A stretch of 64,000 bases of DNA from NCBI GenBank assembly GCA_043228905.1, contig JBHGNT010000014.1:682001-746000 (forward strand), given 5' to 3'. A program made the translations under genes and the position numbers. The DNA is from Azolla caroliniana. Its lineage: Eukaryota; Plantae; Polypodiophyta. Shown here one piece after another: positions 25,214 to 38,690 of the stretch. The notes below the pieces were generated by a model. The model did no database searches, was not told the origin of the DNA, and worked only from the letters and a program-made list of their open reading frames with translations. Position 1 is the first letter of the stretch. The number at the start of each line of letters is the position of its first letter.

Positions 25214-26099
25214 TACACATTGCCTCTTGTATTGATAAGTTTTGAGATGGAAAACTTCATATCGAAAACCATTGATATCCTCCACTACATAATTTTGTTC
25301 ATGTCTTAGTTTTATCATCATTATGAGATGTATCAGGTTATATGCATGATACAGCCACTATGGTCGGGCCATCTCTTTTGATCTTTCCATTAAACGTTAA
25401 GCAAAAGTCGTAAGATATTTTGCTGGAGTCACGTAAATTCTAGAATTGTGTATCTTCAATTTGTGTGGGTATTTTGTTGTTTGCCCCTGCCATTGATGGC
25501 CAAAAGTTATGGATTTGGTTTTTGAAATATGTAGATTTTTGAGCATATTCCTTTAAATCTATTATTACTTTCAGCTCTCTCTCTCTCTCTCAATGTATTG
25601 GATTGTACTCTATAATTACAAAATCTCATGATCGCATTAAACTCACATTGGATGATAGATACTCATATCAAAGGAGTCTTTTACCTCTCTGTTTTATTGA
25701 GGATTGAACCATACTGGTATGCCAAATTTTTACAAACCCATGCGCCTGGGTTCAAATCTAGTATATGCTCTACATCAGTGGATGCTACATGCCAAATGCA
25801 GCATAATCGACATTTCCAACTGAGTCACAATTGTTTCGGCTCTCGATTAGAGTTTCTTAAGAAGACATTAGTTTTGTGAAAATTTACATGTACATATGCC
25901 TGACATCTCTTGAAAATTTCGTAAGTGCTTCTGATATATAGTATTTCAAAAAGTACAATGCTCTTACATAAACAGTGTGCATACATATTCGTAAGACAAA
26001 TGCAGATGTCAGTTTCCAGCATCAACAAACACATTTATATAGTTCAGTCAAATTATATCGAATGCTGAAAAGAGGACATATAAATGACTATGTTTGCGA

Positions 26100-26270
26100 A
26101 TAATATCCGGTGAGTGCAGTAAAAGAGGGAGAAAATGGTGAAACAAAAAGGCTGATAATATCCAGTGAGTGCAGTAAAACAAAAGGAGAAAATGGTGAGA
26201 CAAAAAAGGCTGATAATATCCAGGGAGTGCAGTAAAAGATGGAGAAAATGGTGAAACAAAAACTTGGCTG
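26100..26270. repeat. ~57-bp minisatellite, 3 copies
   Basis: ATAATATCC.G.GAGTGCAGTAAAA...GGAGAAAATGGTGA.ACAAAAA..GGCTG at 26100, 26155 and 26213. Confidence 0.9.
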
Positions 26271-26381
26271 ATTTTCGTCATTGAAAGAAAGAAAGAAAGA
26301 CAGATCAGTTGATTCTTCTTACCCTCCACCGAGAGAAAGCAAAAAACAGTTTTGCATCATGTCATGTCATGTCATGTCATC

Positions 26382-26876
26382 TCATCTCATCTCGCGAACG
26401 AGGAACACGGAGAAGGTCACGATGACGAAGGAGATGAGGAAAGACATGAGGGTTTCGGCGACAACCGAGTCGGTGGACGAGGAGAAGCGAAGCAAGGTAT
26501 TATAGGAGGAGGAGGTGGAGGAGGAGGTAGATCCAGAGGCAGAGGCAGTCTGATGCATGCGAAGGGCCCGACACTCGTGGCAGGAATGCCGATGAGGAGA
26601 ATGAGCAGTGGGGATGAAGAAGAAGGAGGAGGAGAAGAAGAAGTTGTTATCATTGGCGGTGAGGCGAGGGGGCGAGTGGCGGGGCGCTTTCACGACGGCC
26701 GACGAGAAGCCGAGGGCGGACGTGAGGGAGACGGCGGCCACGGTGGTGCCGAGGAGCACGCCATCGCAGAGCCAGGCGGGGGGAGGGGCGGGGGCGGGGA
26801 CTGTGCGCGCGGAAGCTCGAAGCAGCATCACGAACCAGAAGGCCTTGGCGCGGAGCAAGGCCATGGAGGAGGGCAT
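26382..26876 (-). CDS. Hypothetical small membrane protein (164 aa)
   Basis: Open ATG-to-TGA frame in a GC-rich island with C/G-ending codons. Hydrophobic N-terminus, APAPPP, a second hydrophobic stretch and a C-terminal TM-like segment (LMSFLISFVIVTFSVFLV). No recognisable family. Confidence 0.4.
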   Translation of the reverse strand: MPSSMALLRAKAFWFVMLLRASARTVPAPAPPPAWLCDGVLLGTTVAAVSLTSALGFSSAVVKAPRHSPPRLTANDNNFFFSSSFFFIPTAHSPHRHSCHECRALRMHQTASASGSTSSSTSSSYNTLLRFSSSTDSVVAETLMSFLISFVIVTFSVFLVREMR

Positions 26877-28779
26877 GTTTACAGGACACCCTGCTTCTCA
26901 TCACCATGAGGGGCATCCATGGTGGCACTCTCATTCATCTAGATGCCTTCATCTCTGTCTCTGTCTCTGTTCTCTGTGTGTGTTTGTGTGTTTGTGTGTG
27001 TGTGTGTGCGTATGTGTGAAGGTGAAGGTGAAGGTGAAGGTGAGGGGGTAGTTGAGATGGCTTCATGTGGCATACCGTTGACCGTTTTTTTCCCCTCTTC
27101 ATCTTCTTCTTCTTCATCATCATCATCTTCTTCTTCTTCTTCAACTGAGCCCTTCACTATCCTTCATTTCTCCTGACTATTTTTCACTTGGCCGCCCGCC
27201 CATATTAAGGTAAGAACCGGATCATGGATCTCGCAACCATTGTTAGTATGTGCGAGCCGCGAGACTAGCCAACGTGCTTACAGGTCTTGGTTATGTGGCA
27301 TGTGCCATGTATGCTAGGGTAGCATGTATTCATTCGATACCCGCTTCGAGTGTAAATAGAGTACTGGAATATGAGGTCACACGGCTCATCCTCTACATGT
27401 TGTTCACCTTCTCCACATGCATGTGGCACTCGTGTGCAATGCATGTAGGTATTGGGGGGTCATGGGTGCATGTGTTTGTAATGCATGTAATTTGGTGTGG
27501 GGGTTCGTGTGTGTGTGTGTGTATGTGTATGTCAATGGGTAGATATCAATTGTTAAAGAAGAATATAAAAGTAAGGCATGAAGTCACTCAATTGGATGGA
27601 TATATGTAATCTACATATATGACAAATGTTCGATAATCTCTCTTTCCATTATTCGACCATGACGCATGCTTCGTCACTACAATGGAGGTAGATTTTCAAA
27701 AGGAAAAGGGCTATGGAAATCTTGTTCCTGTGTGATTCTTCAAGAATTGAGGAACGTGATGGGAGCTGCATCATTACAAATGTAGATAAAAAAAGGAAAA
27801 CCGGCTATGGAAATTTTTGTTCGAGTGTGATTCTTCCTTTGAGAATTGAGGAACATGGTGGCAGTTGCATCATTGAATCACGAACAACAACAATATATGA
27901 GGGAGGAACAAATTAATTATTCGCTTTTTCCTAGCAAACAAAAGAATCGCTATCATTGTACACGCTCAACTAAATGTGGGTTCAGTAATTGATTAATGCA
28001 CAATCATTGTTGGCATACAAAAATCAAACAATTTGGAATAGGGAAACCAAGCAAGACTTGTCTACATCTACATATGGCCACATTTTCAGATACAACACCT
28101 TCATAAAATGCCACGTCATGATGTGACTTTACACCTACATTTAGACCACATCATTGGGCAAAGAAACCATCTTATCTTAATTTAATTGTTTTTATCACAA
28201 TCCATGTGTTTTATTTACACCATTCGATCACATCAAGGAGAGTAAGAATTTCCACTATTTCATGCTATTTGTGTCTATGTTGTATGCCTTACTTGTCACT
28301 AAGATTGGGTGTTGATGTTGCCTTCATAGGAGAAATTAAAGGCAATAATGAAGGGGTTAGGGTTGCTCAATGGCGTATAGTGAATCTTATTTAAGTGTTT
28401 CTTTGAATAATAATGTTGGAGTTCTTATCATGTGCACATTTATATTCGAGATGGAAATGTCCCAACCCAGGGCTATCTTGTTGATGGACCATATTTCTTT
28501 AGTACTAGGATGGCCCTCAAATGCGTACAGATGACTCATTTATAAAAGCGACAATATCAAATATCTAAGCACTTTCAAATATTTAGACATTGATACACCC
28601 ATCAACCATAATTGGAGCACCTACATAGAACATTGGTTGGGTAATTTACCACATTGTTACATCCAAATGCAATCTCACAATTGCAATGCAGATGCAAAAG
28701 ATCAAACATGTTAATGCATCGTAATACAAGTCTTGTTGTATGGGGTGGAGTTATATTGGGAACAAAGGATATATAAGAA

Positions 28780-29130
28780 ACACACAAATGGTTTAAGAGA
28801 TGGCATTGATAATATTCTCATGACGGACATCGAACCACGCCTTAGAGACAAACTCATAACCATATGGAACAAGGAATCATGTTAAGAATGGGAAAGAGTA
28901 GCTTGACAAGGAAATGGCCAGACACTCTGAACAATATATCTTCTTACCCCATGCCATACAATGCAAGAAGGACACTTGAAGCCCTCCACACTTGTAGTCA
29001 TGAAGTTGAAATTAAAGAGTTTAAGAGGACAAGCTAGAAGAGTACATATGCATAGTATTTCTTAATTAGGAGGTCAAGGATGAGTAGCATCTTGTGGTAC
29101 ATTGTGAAGCATTCACAACCATATGGCAAT
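28780..29130 (+). pseudogene. Possible RTE-X/L2-type LINE 3' relic
   Basis: LHTCSHEVEI...EEYICIVFLN*EVKDE*HLVVHCEAF resembles the RTSSH.L.IE...R.C..C...VEDE.H....C zinc-finger tail of these LINEs. Confidence 0.4.
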
Positions 29131-30350
29131 GCTTTATATTGTTAATTACATCATACAAACTTCTCCAAGTTGGGCACATGAACCCACAAATCTTAGGCAC
29201 ACAAGTTCTACCCTAAATTATAATAGTGAGGTTAACAACAGAAGGCTATTCTCACAATATCCTAGGCATTGCCAAAGGAAACTCTATAATAATTCACTTT
29301 TTAGTTTGGGTTCCATATGTCATGTTTCTAGTTTCTTGAGGATGTGCAAATATCATAATTTCTCATTATATACTCTCGTTTTGTGCTTTTTCACTCCAAA
29401 CCTTGAATGTGTGCTCTCTTCCATGTCTATTGGATGTAGATTGCGTGCATGTATGTGGCTAGGGTGACTTCTTGTCATCATTCTTACAGAGTATACTTGA
29501 AGTAAGGACAATCAAAGGAAGAAGTGGGGTAAATATGAAGTCACGATATTTTTATGAGAATAAATGCACGCATACATAGAAATACTTCATGTAGTAGCAA
29601 AGTCATAAGAGAAAACCACAATAAAGAATTATATCAACATGTTTGCTACTTGACTATTGAATTCAAAGAAAGAAAACACATTGTTATAATGCATTTGAGA
29701 TTATATAAATGATGTCTCCCTAAGAAAGGTTTATATTTCTTGAGGAGCACGCTGAACTTGCTATGTTATATCTAACATAACTCACACATTTATATTTGTA
29801 TGGGCCATTATGCTACTTGTTGCATTTGAACGTATAATGATGATGATGTAACTATGCAAAAGTTCTAACAAAGAAAACAATTTACAAAAAGTAGCATCAA
29901 CACTATAAACCAATGGATTTGACTTGTGTTGCTATTTTAAGTTTAATCCAACCTCCTTAATTTCTAAATTTTGGTTGGGTAAATCCCTAACTCCATATGA
30001 TGCTAGAGTGACTTGGCAATGAAACATGAAATCTTTCACATTCATAGTTCCCTTAATGTAAAAGGGTAATGAAAAACCCTTTCCATCAAACAATCTCTCC
30101 ATTATTAAAGGATTGGCATAAACATTAAGGAAATTGGGTCAATGCCCCTTAGATATTTAATATGTTGTCAAAAAACAAGTTGATGGGATCACAAGGTCCA
30201 CACATGTACACACATTGGCCTTCATGAATTGGGAAAAAGATCAAGTGAGGGAATTGAGTGAACACTCCCTCAATATTTAGCATGTTGAAAAAAAACACAT
30301 CAAGGTGAATGGTGAGGAGAGAGCATCGAGGTAGATGATGGGCAGGTGGG

Positions 30351-30362
30351 GAGAGAGAGAGA

Positions 30363-30395
<33 letters not shown>

Positions 30396-30404
30396 CGCGC
30401 GTGC
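30351..30404. repeat. Compound (GA)n(GT)n(GC)n microsatellite
   Basis: Read directly from the sequence. Confidence 0.9.
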
Positions 30405-31546
30405 ATTTAGTAAATTAATAAAACTTAATGAGATTTGTACCCACATGAATGGGTAACTAGAAGTATGGCTTACAAGCAAGGTAAAGCCCCAACATATCAA
30501 AAATTTAGCGGCGGCAATAGAGAAGAAGGGGATTACATGAAGCAATTTGATGTGCAAGCATGGAAGCGCATCATTTGGTCATACCTAGCAAGATTTAACC
30601 CTTTAAAAAACCTTGAGAGAAAAGTGATTTGATTGTCATCCTCATGTTCAAAAGGGGGCCAATCTAAATCAAGAAGGGGTAGAGACAATGGTTGACCCCA
30701 CCCAAGGTTGAGCAACATTATAGAAGCACGTGATCATGAGAAAGAGAAACACGAGGCATGCCTACAATTAGGACATCCTTCATCACCACCCAAGATTCGA
30801 GAACGTGATAGTCAAAGCACAAGGGGCTATCTATGAATAGAGAGATATCTTTTGCAACATTATAAAAACTCACAAGGGGACTTTGGACATCCATTGACCT
30901 CATCGACCAAGACTTCATAACATTGTAGACACACAAGCAAAGTCCTTGTCATTGTCGATAACATTACAGAACCATAGAAGAGAGATGACGTGATCCGTGT
31001 GAATATTGATAATTCATTTTAGAAGCACAAGGAGTTCCATGTAGAGAGAGAGGGAGGGAGAGGGAGATGGCCCGAAAACATCATAAAGTACGGGGGTGCT
31101 CATGAAAATTGCAATGCAAGGGAAATCTCAATAGTGATACATAAGTGAAAAGGGGGCAAGGTGAGATGCAACGCTAAAGAGGAGGCACAAAATTAGGAGA
31201 TCGATGGATAAGAGGAATGCAACTCAACCCACAACCACGGGGGGGACGAGGATTCTAATGATCAACCTTAGGACGTGCATTGGGAACAAACAAAAGAAGA
31301 AGGGGACGTCCTTTGAGGTGAAGAAGAATACATGGGACATGACAACATACATGTAGCGTTTGGACGTCAGAAACAACGAGACGCAAGGAGCTTTTGGTTC
31401 CAGGTAAACTTTCACAAGAAAAGACGAAGAAGAAGAAAAGAAAGGGGGGGGGGGGGGTACGTGTATGTGTTCCTTCTCACATGATCTTCTTGCTAGGTGA
31501 AGTGTCAAGCCAGATGATGGCAACACATTGGTGTTGGTTTTGTGGT

Positions 31547-31572
31547 GGGGTGGGGTGGGGTGGGGGGTGGGG
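31547..31572 (+). promoter_or_regulatory. G-quadruplex-forming motif upstream of ADT
   Basis: GGGG T GGGG T GGGG T GGGGGG T GGGG, ~350 bp before the ADT ATG. Function is inferred. Confidence 0.5.
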
Positions 31573-31921
31573 TTGTAAAAAGAAGAAAGATTTAGGAGAA
31601 GGAAAACATTTTGATTTGATGGTATGGTGGTAAGAGACTAGTAGAGACAGCCAGCCTGGCTATCTTATTTCACTAATTCCCTCCTTTTTAATGGACAAGG
31701 AAAAGGAGCCACTCTTTTCATGCCTTTAGACCCCAACACACACACACACATTAACACACACTAACACTATTAATTAGCACACAAGGATCTTGTGTGTGCT
31801 CTTTCTCTCCTTCTCTCCTATAGCCTATCTTTGTGATCCCCCCCCATTGCTTCCTTCTCCTAGGCTTCCTTCTCCTAGTTGTCGCGCCTCTTGCGCCGAT
31901 CCATCGGCAAAACATCAACAT

Positions 31922-33346
31922 ATGGAGACCTCTTCTACACCTTCTCTTTCATCTTCTTATTCTTCTTCTTCTTCTCCGTCATTGTCTATGATGACCAACA
32001 CCTCCTCGCTCAGCCACCACATGTTGAGCTTCCATCGCCACCGCCCACTCGTCTTCGTGTCCGTCTCCACCCCCGGTGGCGTGCGATGCCACGGATCGGT
32101 GAACCCTAATTGGTCGGCGCCGGTCCATGATTGGAAGAGCTTCTCCGCCACATCTAGCCCTCTCAATTGTACGAGGGAGATCATCCACCCCGCACCAAAT
32201 GCTCCGATGAATGCCCCAATGACCGACCTATACAATCTCGCGGGCGTGGTAGGCCGTACGATTGAACATGTGAATGGCACCAAACAAGAGCAAAGCCTGG
32301 TGAATGGGAGGAGCGAGGTCGGGACAGCGGCCACGCCCGGGATGAGCGGCAATGCCGATGCGAACAAGGCAGAGATCGTGATCAACCAGTTGCCGAGGCC
32401 GCTAACGATCGCCGACTTCTCCCCGGCCCCGATGCACGGGTCTCAGCTCCGCGTTGCATACCAAGGAGTCCCGGGTGCTTATAGCGAGGCAGCCGCAGGG
32501 AAGGCATACCCGGAGTGCGAGCCGGTCCCTTGCGAGCAGTTTGAAGCAGCATTTCAAGCGGTCGAGCTATGGCTAGCCGATCGGGCTGTGCTTCCGGTGG
32601 AGAATTCGCTTGGTGGGAGCATACACCGGAACTACGATCTCCTCCTCCGGCACCGGCTCCACATCGTGGGTGAGGTCCAGCTCCCGGTGCACCACTGCCT
32701 CTTGGCGATGCCGGGCGTGCGCAAGGCCGAATTGAGGCGGGTCATAAGCCATGCCCAGGCGCTTGCCCAATGCGAGCACACGCTCACCCGGCTCGGGCTC
32801 GGGCACTCCGTGGCACGCGAGGCGGTCGACGACACCGCGGGGGCCGCCCAATTCATCGCGGACAACAACCTCCGGGACACGGCCGCGATCGCGAGCAGCC
32901 GCGCGGCCGAGATCTACGGCATGAACATCTTGGCCGACGGCATCCAAGACGACTCGGGGAATGTGACCCGGTTTGTGATGTTGGCGCGCGAGCCCATCAT
33001 TCCGCGTGTTGACCGCCCTTTCAAGACGAGCATCGTGTTCGCCAATGAGGAGGCCACAGGCTCGCTATTCAAGGTCTTGTCCGCGTTCGCATTCCGTAAC
33101 ATAAACCTTACCAAGATCGAGAGCCGGCCCCAACGCAAGAAACCCCTACGCATTGTCGACGACACCAACTCCGGGAAAGCCAAGTATTTCGAATACCTCT
33201 TCTACATCGACTTCGAAGCATCCATGGCAGACCCGCGTGCCCAAAATGCCCTCAATGAGCTCCAGGAGTTCACAAGCTTCCTCCGTGTCCTTGGAAGCTA
33301 TCCCATGGACATGACCCCACTCGTCCGATCACCACCCTTGCTCTAA
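31922..33346 (+). CDS. ADT: Arogenate dehydratase/prephenate dehydratase, plastid-targeted, intronless (474 aa)
   Basis: Ser-rich transit-peptide-like N-terminus from ATG 31922. PDT domain [34 protein letters not shown] domain TSIVF...[30 protein letters not shown]. Confidence 0.97.
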   Translation: METSSTPSLSSSYSSSSSPSLSMMTNTSSLSHHMLSFHRHRPLVFVSVSTPGGVRCHGSVNPNWSAPVHDWKSFSATSSPLNCTREIIHPAPNAPMNAPMTDLYNLAGVVGRTIEHVNGTKQEQSLVNGRSEVGTAATPGMSGNADANKAEIVINQLPRPLTIADFSPAPMHGSQLRVAYQGVPGAYSEAAAGKAYPECEPVPCEQFEAAFQAVELWLADRAVLPVENSLGGSIHRNYDLLLRHRLHIVGEVQLPVHHCLLAMPGVRKAELRRVISHAQALAQCEHTLTRLGLGHSVAREAVDDTAGAAQFIADNNLRDTAAIASSRAAEIYGMNILADGIQDDSGNVTRFVMLAREPIIPRVDRPFKTSIVFANEEATGSLFKVLSAFAFRNINLTKIESRPQRKKPLRIVDDTNSGKAKYFEYLFYIDFEASMADPRAQNALNELQEFTSFLRVLGSYPMDMTPLVRSPPLL

Positions 33347-35674
33347 ACGGGCCCCATGGACCTCCTCAAAAAGCTTTGGTCATAGGGCAACCCCCAACAA
33401 GTTCCCTAGTGTCACTTGTACATTGGAATTTTATAAGGTCCCTGGATGTCCCTAGTGTCACAACATATATCATTAGAAACTACCGGCAACTTACACTTGC
33501 TTTTGTTGTCTACCTAAGCCATCATGTATTTATTCCAGCTATTCTTAATTTTGCCCTTTAAGCCTTCGTACACCCTTCTGCTTCTCGTCGTCCCTGTCCT
33601 CTTCCTCATTCATGTCTTCGAGGATGAGGATGAGAACGATGATGTTTTAATTCTTCGTTGGGTTCATGAGCATGATGCTACTGTGATGATTGGATCCTTC
33701 TTGGGGGCATGTGGAACCATGGCCAAAACCTCGTCTCTTGCAACATCTTGGTTAGGGTACTAAACTAGTCCCCCGGAACATAATTTACTACCGAAAAAGG
33801 CCATAGGCCTTAGTGTACCAAAATAATCACAATTTGCCGTGACTCCATAATAGATTGCTTGGTTTTTTTGCAAGACCGGTTTTGTTTCACATTTGCTCTC
33901 TACTTTGAATGTTTAATATTAAGATATCATCTTGTGACTGGTCTAGATTATAAACGACACAACCGAATGTCTATTTCCGTCACCATGGAGCTATATTAAT
34001 TGAATGGCTAGTCTTAATGACAAGTGACTCAATGGGTAGTCTATTTCAATACCTTTGAAGAATTATATTGTCCGGTGACTGGTCTCGATTGTAAGTGGCA
34101 CAATCGAATGTCGATTTCCATCAACATGGAATTATAACGACACTTCGGTGATGAGAGTTGGAGACGCATTCACATCTATCGTAACGACCATTCATATATA
34201 TTGCATGACTAATCCTTAAGCATTGAATATATTGTTTATTGTGTTTGGTTTGACTTGCACTTCATGATAATAATATGTTTTTATTAGTTGCTATATTTCC
34301 AAAAGCAAGAGTTGGATAGCCACGACTTGTACCACATCAATTACCCCCCCCAAAAGCTACTTTCATATGTTGTTTTGCATATTCATTCACATAAAGTTGC
34401 ATCATAATTTCCCAAGCAACAATCACCTAAATTCTCGAGTATATATTTACTTACCCTACAAACCACAAATTAACGAACATCCTTTCCTTCAAAAAACAAA
34501 AGGAAACAAGCATAGTGGGACAAATAAAAAATAAAAAATCCATGTTTGTTAATAGATAACATTACCACACATTATATTAAACACTACGTTTTTATTTAAA
34601 CCTCAAACATGTCCATGTAAATTTCACACATAGAATATGTGTAGCAAATAATAATGGGGAAGATTGCAACATCATCCACTCAATGCATGGATGATGGTTC
34701 CATTATGACGCGCGACCTCGTGCATTGGCTCCAACAAACAATTGTGTGTACACAAATTATGCCATACTTAATCTATAATGCTTCAATTCTTCCATACCTA
34801 AAAACATCCAAATGTGCACCAAGGGAGCACTCGATTTGTTACCTACTAACTGACACTCTTGGACCCCAATGCTTTGAAGCCTAATCTAAAATACACAAGA
34901 CTAGTACCCATCACAAAGGCATCTCTATCATTGAGTGCATGCAAACTTAGGCATTACTACCTTTAGTCCTTTATGAACAAAGGTGTGCTAATTCACCATA
35001 TTTTCATCCACGTACATCAAATTATTGGAGCTCTAGATGCCAAAACGAAGTGCAAGGACACATGGTCCTACATTAAGTACATTTACTTTTGTTTCAAAAG
35101 GGTTTCCTTAACAATCACTTATGTGCCTCAATCATAGCTCAATGCACAAACCATGCCCAAGCATGGATGGAAGACTACACCTCCATGATGCCCCACACCA
35201 CCACGAACAATACTCAATAACTCCTAATTTCCTGATGCTCTTCCAAAGCAAGAATATATATAAATTATAATGATGCATTTGACTATCATTAATCTCCCAA
35301 GCATGAGCATGAGCATGAGGTTATACCTCCTTGATGGCCCACACAACAACTAACATTGATCATCATTTCATATTTGCCATAATGGCCATCTACTTCCAAA
35401 GCTAGAGAATTTAGAACACCGCCTTTCATGGCTAAATTAATTTGTATGGAAACCAAAGTGGTACGATTGGGTGCGTGTAAGTTTGAGTTCTACATGGTAA
35501 ATATTCGCATATTATTTTGAAAAGACCATGTATAGTAAGACGTTGACTTTTGCCCCTTATTTTGTACAAGATCAATTAAATGGCACCATGACCACGATAG
35601 CAAGCTCTCAATGTTGCCATTTGAACTCGGCTTTTCTCTTTCTATTTGACCTAATGATGACCCAAATCATGTCA

Positions 35675-36035
35675 TAACCTCGTTCTCAACGTGTTTGTCT
35701 TTAATGGGCAACAACTTCCATGTGTTTGTACTTGAGGAGTTGAACTTTGAACCTATTACTCACAAGTTCAATGTGTGGTTAACATTTAAAATCTCTGCCA
35801 CATAGTCAAAAATTCCTATCGATAACCTTTTTCTCAACATGTTCATCTTTAATGGGGGGAACTATTGCTATTTGTTCGCACTCAAGGATTTGAACTAAAA
35901 AACTATCGCTCACGAGTTAAGTGTGTGGTTAACACTTTAATTTTGTGTCACAAAATTTGATGTTTGATTCAACAAGTCACATAATTTGACTAATAACCTT
36001 TTTCTCATCATGTTCGTCTTTAATGTGGGGAACCT
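35675..36035. repeat. Degenerate ~150-170-bp tandem repeat, SINE-like
   Basis: ATAACCT..TTCTCA.C.TGTT..TCTTTAATG starts at ~35675, 35822 and 35993. B-box-like AGTTCAA.TCC motifs on the minus strand. Confidence 0.6.
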
Positions 36036-36717
36036 ATTTGCAATGAACACCTCTTTTGACAATAAAAACATTTACCATTTCACGTGGACATTTCTCTCGG
36101 ACGTTATAGATGTATTTTCATTTGTTGCATCTTTATGAGTATGTTAATTAGATCACAATATTAATAATCAATGCTACATGTGACCTCCAAGAGGTGATCA
36201 TCTTATTTTTGCTCCATGCTATTCCTCTCATTTTCACAAACCCTAATACAATCAAGAAATTCTTTACAAAGAACAAGGCCATTTGCTACTTCTAGTCGGT
36301 GATTTTATCATCCTCGTTGGAACATTTATTGTCAATTTAGAAATTGTCAAATACCCGGTTATCAATGAACATTTTGTTTTGTTACCATTGTTGTACTTCA
36401 TCATCAATGAACTTGTAAAATACCTCAATGTCAACATCTCACCATAAGCTATGTATCTAGTATCCACTTAGATTTGTTGATTGTACAATCCAACATCGTT
36501 TGGTTAAGGGAAGTAGCTTAATTTAAAAGGGAATCCCCACCTTAAGCTTGAATACACGATGACCTTGACATAAAACGTCAACCTCCATGTAAGAAGGGTA
36601 TAGTAACTTTTATTGCTAAATCAAGCTTTTGGTTAGTTCTTACCTTTTGCAATTGGGAAACTTTCCTTAGTTTTTGTCCATCGAGGAATATTACATTAAA
36701 GACTAACTTTATTTATT

Positions 36718-37067
36718 AGGGAAAATCACCTAAAAATATGTATATGTCAATGCATATTACAAAAGTATGCTTCGTTATTTTCAAAAATTGCAAAACATAT
36801 GACGTCAAAGTTGAGGCTCTAAATCATGCAACAATTAAGCTTTACATAAACTTAGATGGCATAAAGTATACGTAGCTTTAATCCACCTAATCTAAAATTA
36901 AGGATAGTCATAATAAACATAATTCAGATTATTCTGAATGTATATCATAAACTTCATGTGATTAGCAACTTCAACTTTGACCAAGCATAATTTTACTATT
37001 TTGAAAACCGGTGGTGTATACCTTTGTAAATTCTAAAATATGCATGCACATACATGTAAATTTCCCT
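36718..37067. mobile_element. MITE with long imperfect TIRs (Mutator-like)
   Basis: AGGGAAAAT...TTACAAAAGTAT...TTTTCAAAA...GTCAAAGTTGAG is mirrored by TTCAACTTTGAC...TTTTGAAAA...ATACCTTTGTAA...ATTTCCCT. The AT-rich flanks give only an imperfect TSD. Confidence 0.65.
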
Positions 37068-38690
37068 TATTTTTATTTGTTACAAGGTATATGTCACTTG
37101 TTCTCCTACATGTGTGGTGGTCATTTGAAAAACTTGAATGTGTAGTATCATGCATTACGTTAAGTTATGGTAATGGAAGGGTTGTTTATGTTGATGATAC
37201 AATGATTGATTTGGCAGCACTATGTAAACCATCACAATTAGAGGGAGATGTTCCCACATTTAGCAATGCAATAAGTTATTGACAACGAGGTTCAAAATTA
37301 TTATTTTTGAGTTAGTATTTATTTGCTCAAATCGTCTAAAACCATCGTCGACTCTTATAATGGGAGTTCTTATTTCTATTTTCATCACCAAGGTTCGGTT
37401 CTTATTTCTATTAATAACTCATTCGTGTTAGTTTGACCATTCCATTGAAAACAGTGAGGTTTGCATAAAACATCAAAATCATGTAATCTCATGTGCAATT
37501 TGGTCAATTGTCAAGTTGTCATTTATAAATTATTGATTGGACATCAAATGTTGAGTCTTGTAATCAAGTATGGATCCTTCTATTCAACATCACATATGAA
37601 GACTTGTCATCACACACTCAAGTTCAACTATTGTAATGAATCATAATGTTATATCTTCAAATTCATTTCAAAAGTATTAATGTAGATTGGTTTTAGTAAC
37701 TCCTATGCTTGGAATTGCTTGTGAAGTATTGTATTGAACATGAAAAAAACATTTCAAAAACAAGGTTTATGTTGATTATGTGTTTCTAAAATAGACATAT
37801 ACGCAACAACAAGAAGTGAAGCCTTCAATAAAAATTGAACACCAAAAGAGACAACAATTTCAATATGACTGCTCAGCATACAAAATAAGTGTTTTATACT
37901 TTTGAATTTTTAAAGCCAGAATAATCAATTGATGGCAATACTCAAGAATGTAATGCCCTTGTTATAATACCTCTGTTTCACTCGTTTATCAAATTTAATA
38001 ATACAATGATCGATATTCATATAGCTAACAACAAAATGATGGCACCACATATGTGTGTCAATAATTATCAAGATTCCCCATGTTCATTCCTAGCTTCCAC
38101 TTTGGTGGAAGAGGAAGGAGGATCACAATATCGTATTGCCTAGTCTATAAAAATGCTAAAGTCACACATGTATCTTCATCAGAATACCAACTTCAATCAC
38201 ATTGTTAATCAAATCAACTTCCTCTTTGTATGTGCGCATATATTCGGTGGTACATACATATATTAATACAATCAATTATTCTTTTTCATGTATGTGATGT
38301 GATACACATAGGCAATTATGTATGCCTTTATGGACTTAATAACAATGCTCAAGAAATAATCTCTCATGTGGATGAGAATTAGTTATTAAATTTTTATGCG
38401 AGAAATGCGATCATTTCAACAATTGATTATCACATAATATCACAGGAATGGTCTATCATTTTGGTAATGGGAGTAGATTGTCAATTTGTCATTGAAATTT
38501 GAGGGGCGTTTTCTTCTGGAAAAAAGTAAATGTACTTTCTTCTCTTCTCTTTCTTTTTTTCCGTAAAAGCCATGTATATATTAGAACATCACGACAATAC
38601 AAAAACACATGCTTGACATCATCCTCCATCACTATAGAGAAAAAACACAACCAAAGGCAACATGTCTTAAATGTATCAATGTTTCAAAGG

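Noticed and set aside
26352-27176. Gly-rich, Glu-rich or Ser-rich ORFs in other frames
   Set aside because: They arise from simple trinucleotide and hexanucleotide repeats and overlap the better-supported minus-strand frame.
30435-30936. Possible gag-like relic
   Set aside because: Too short and degenerate to support.
31790-31921. N-terminal 44 aa of the 518-aa ADT ORF in the ORF track
   Set aside because: It starts at TTG in CT-rich 5'-UTR-like sequence. The first ATG (31922) gives a normal transit-peptide start.
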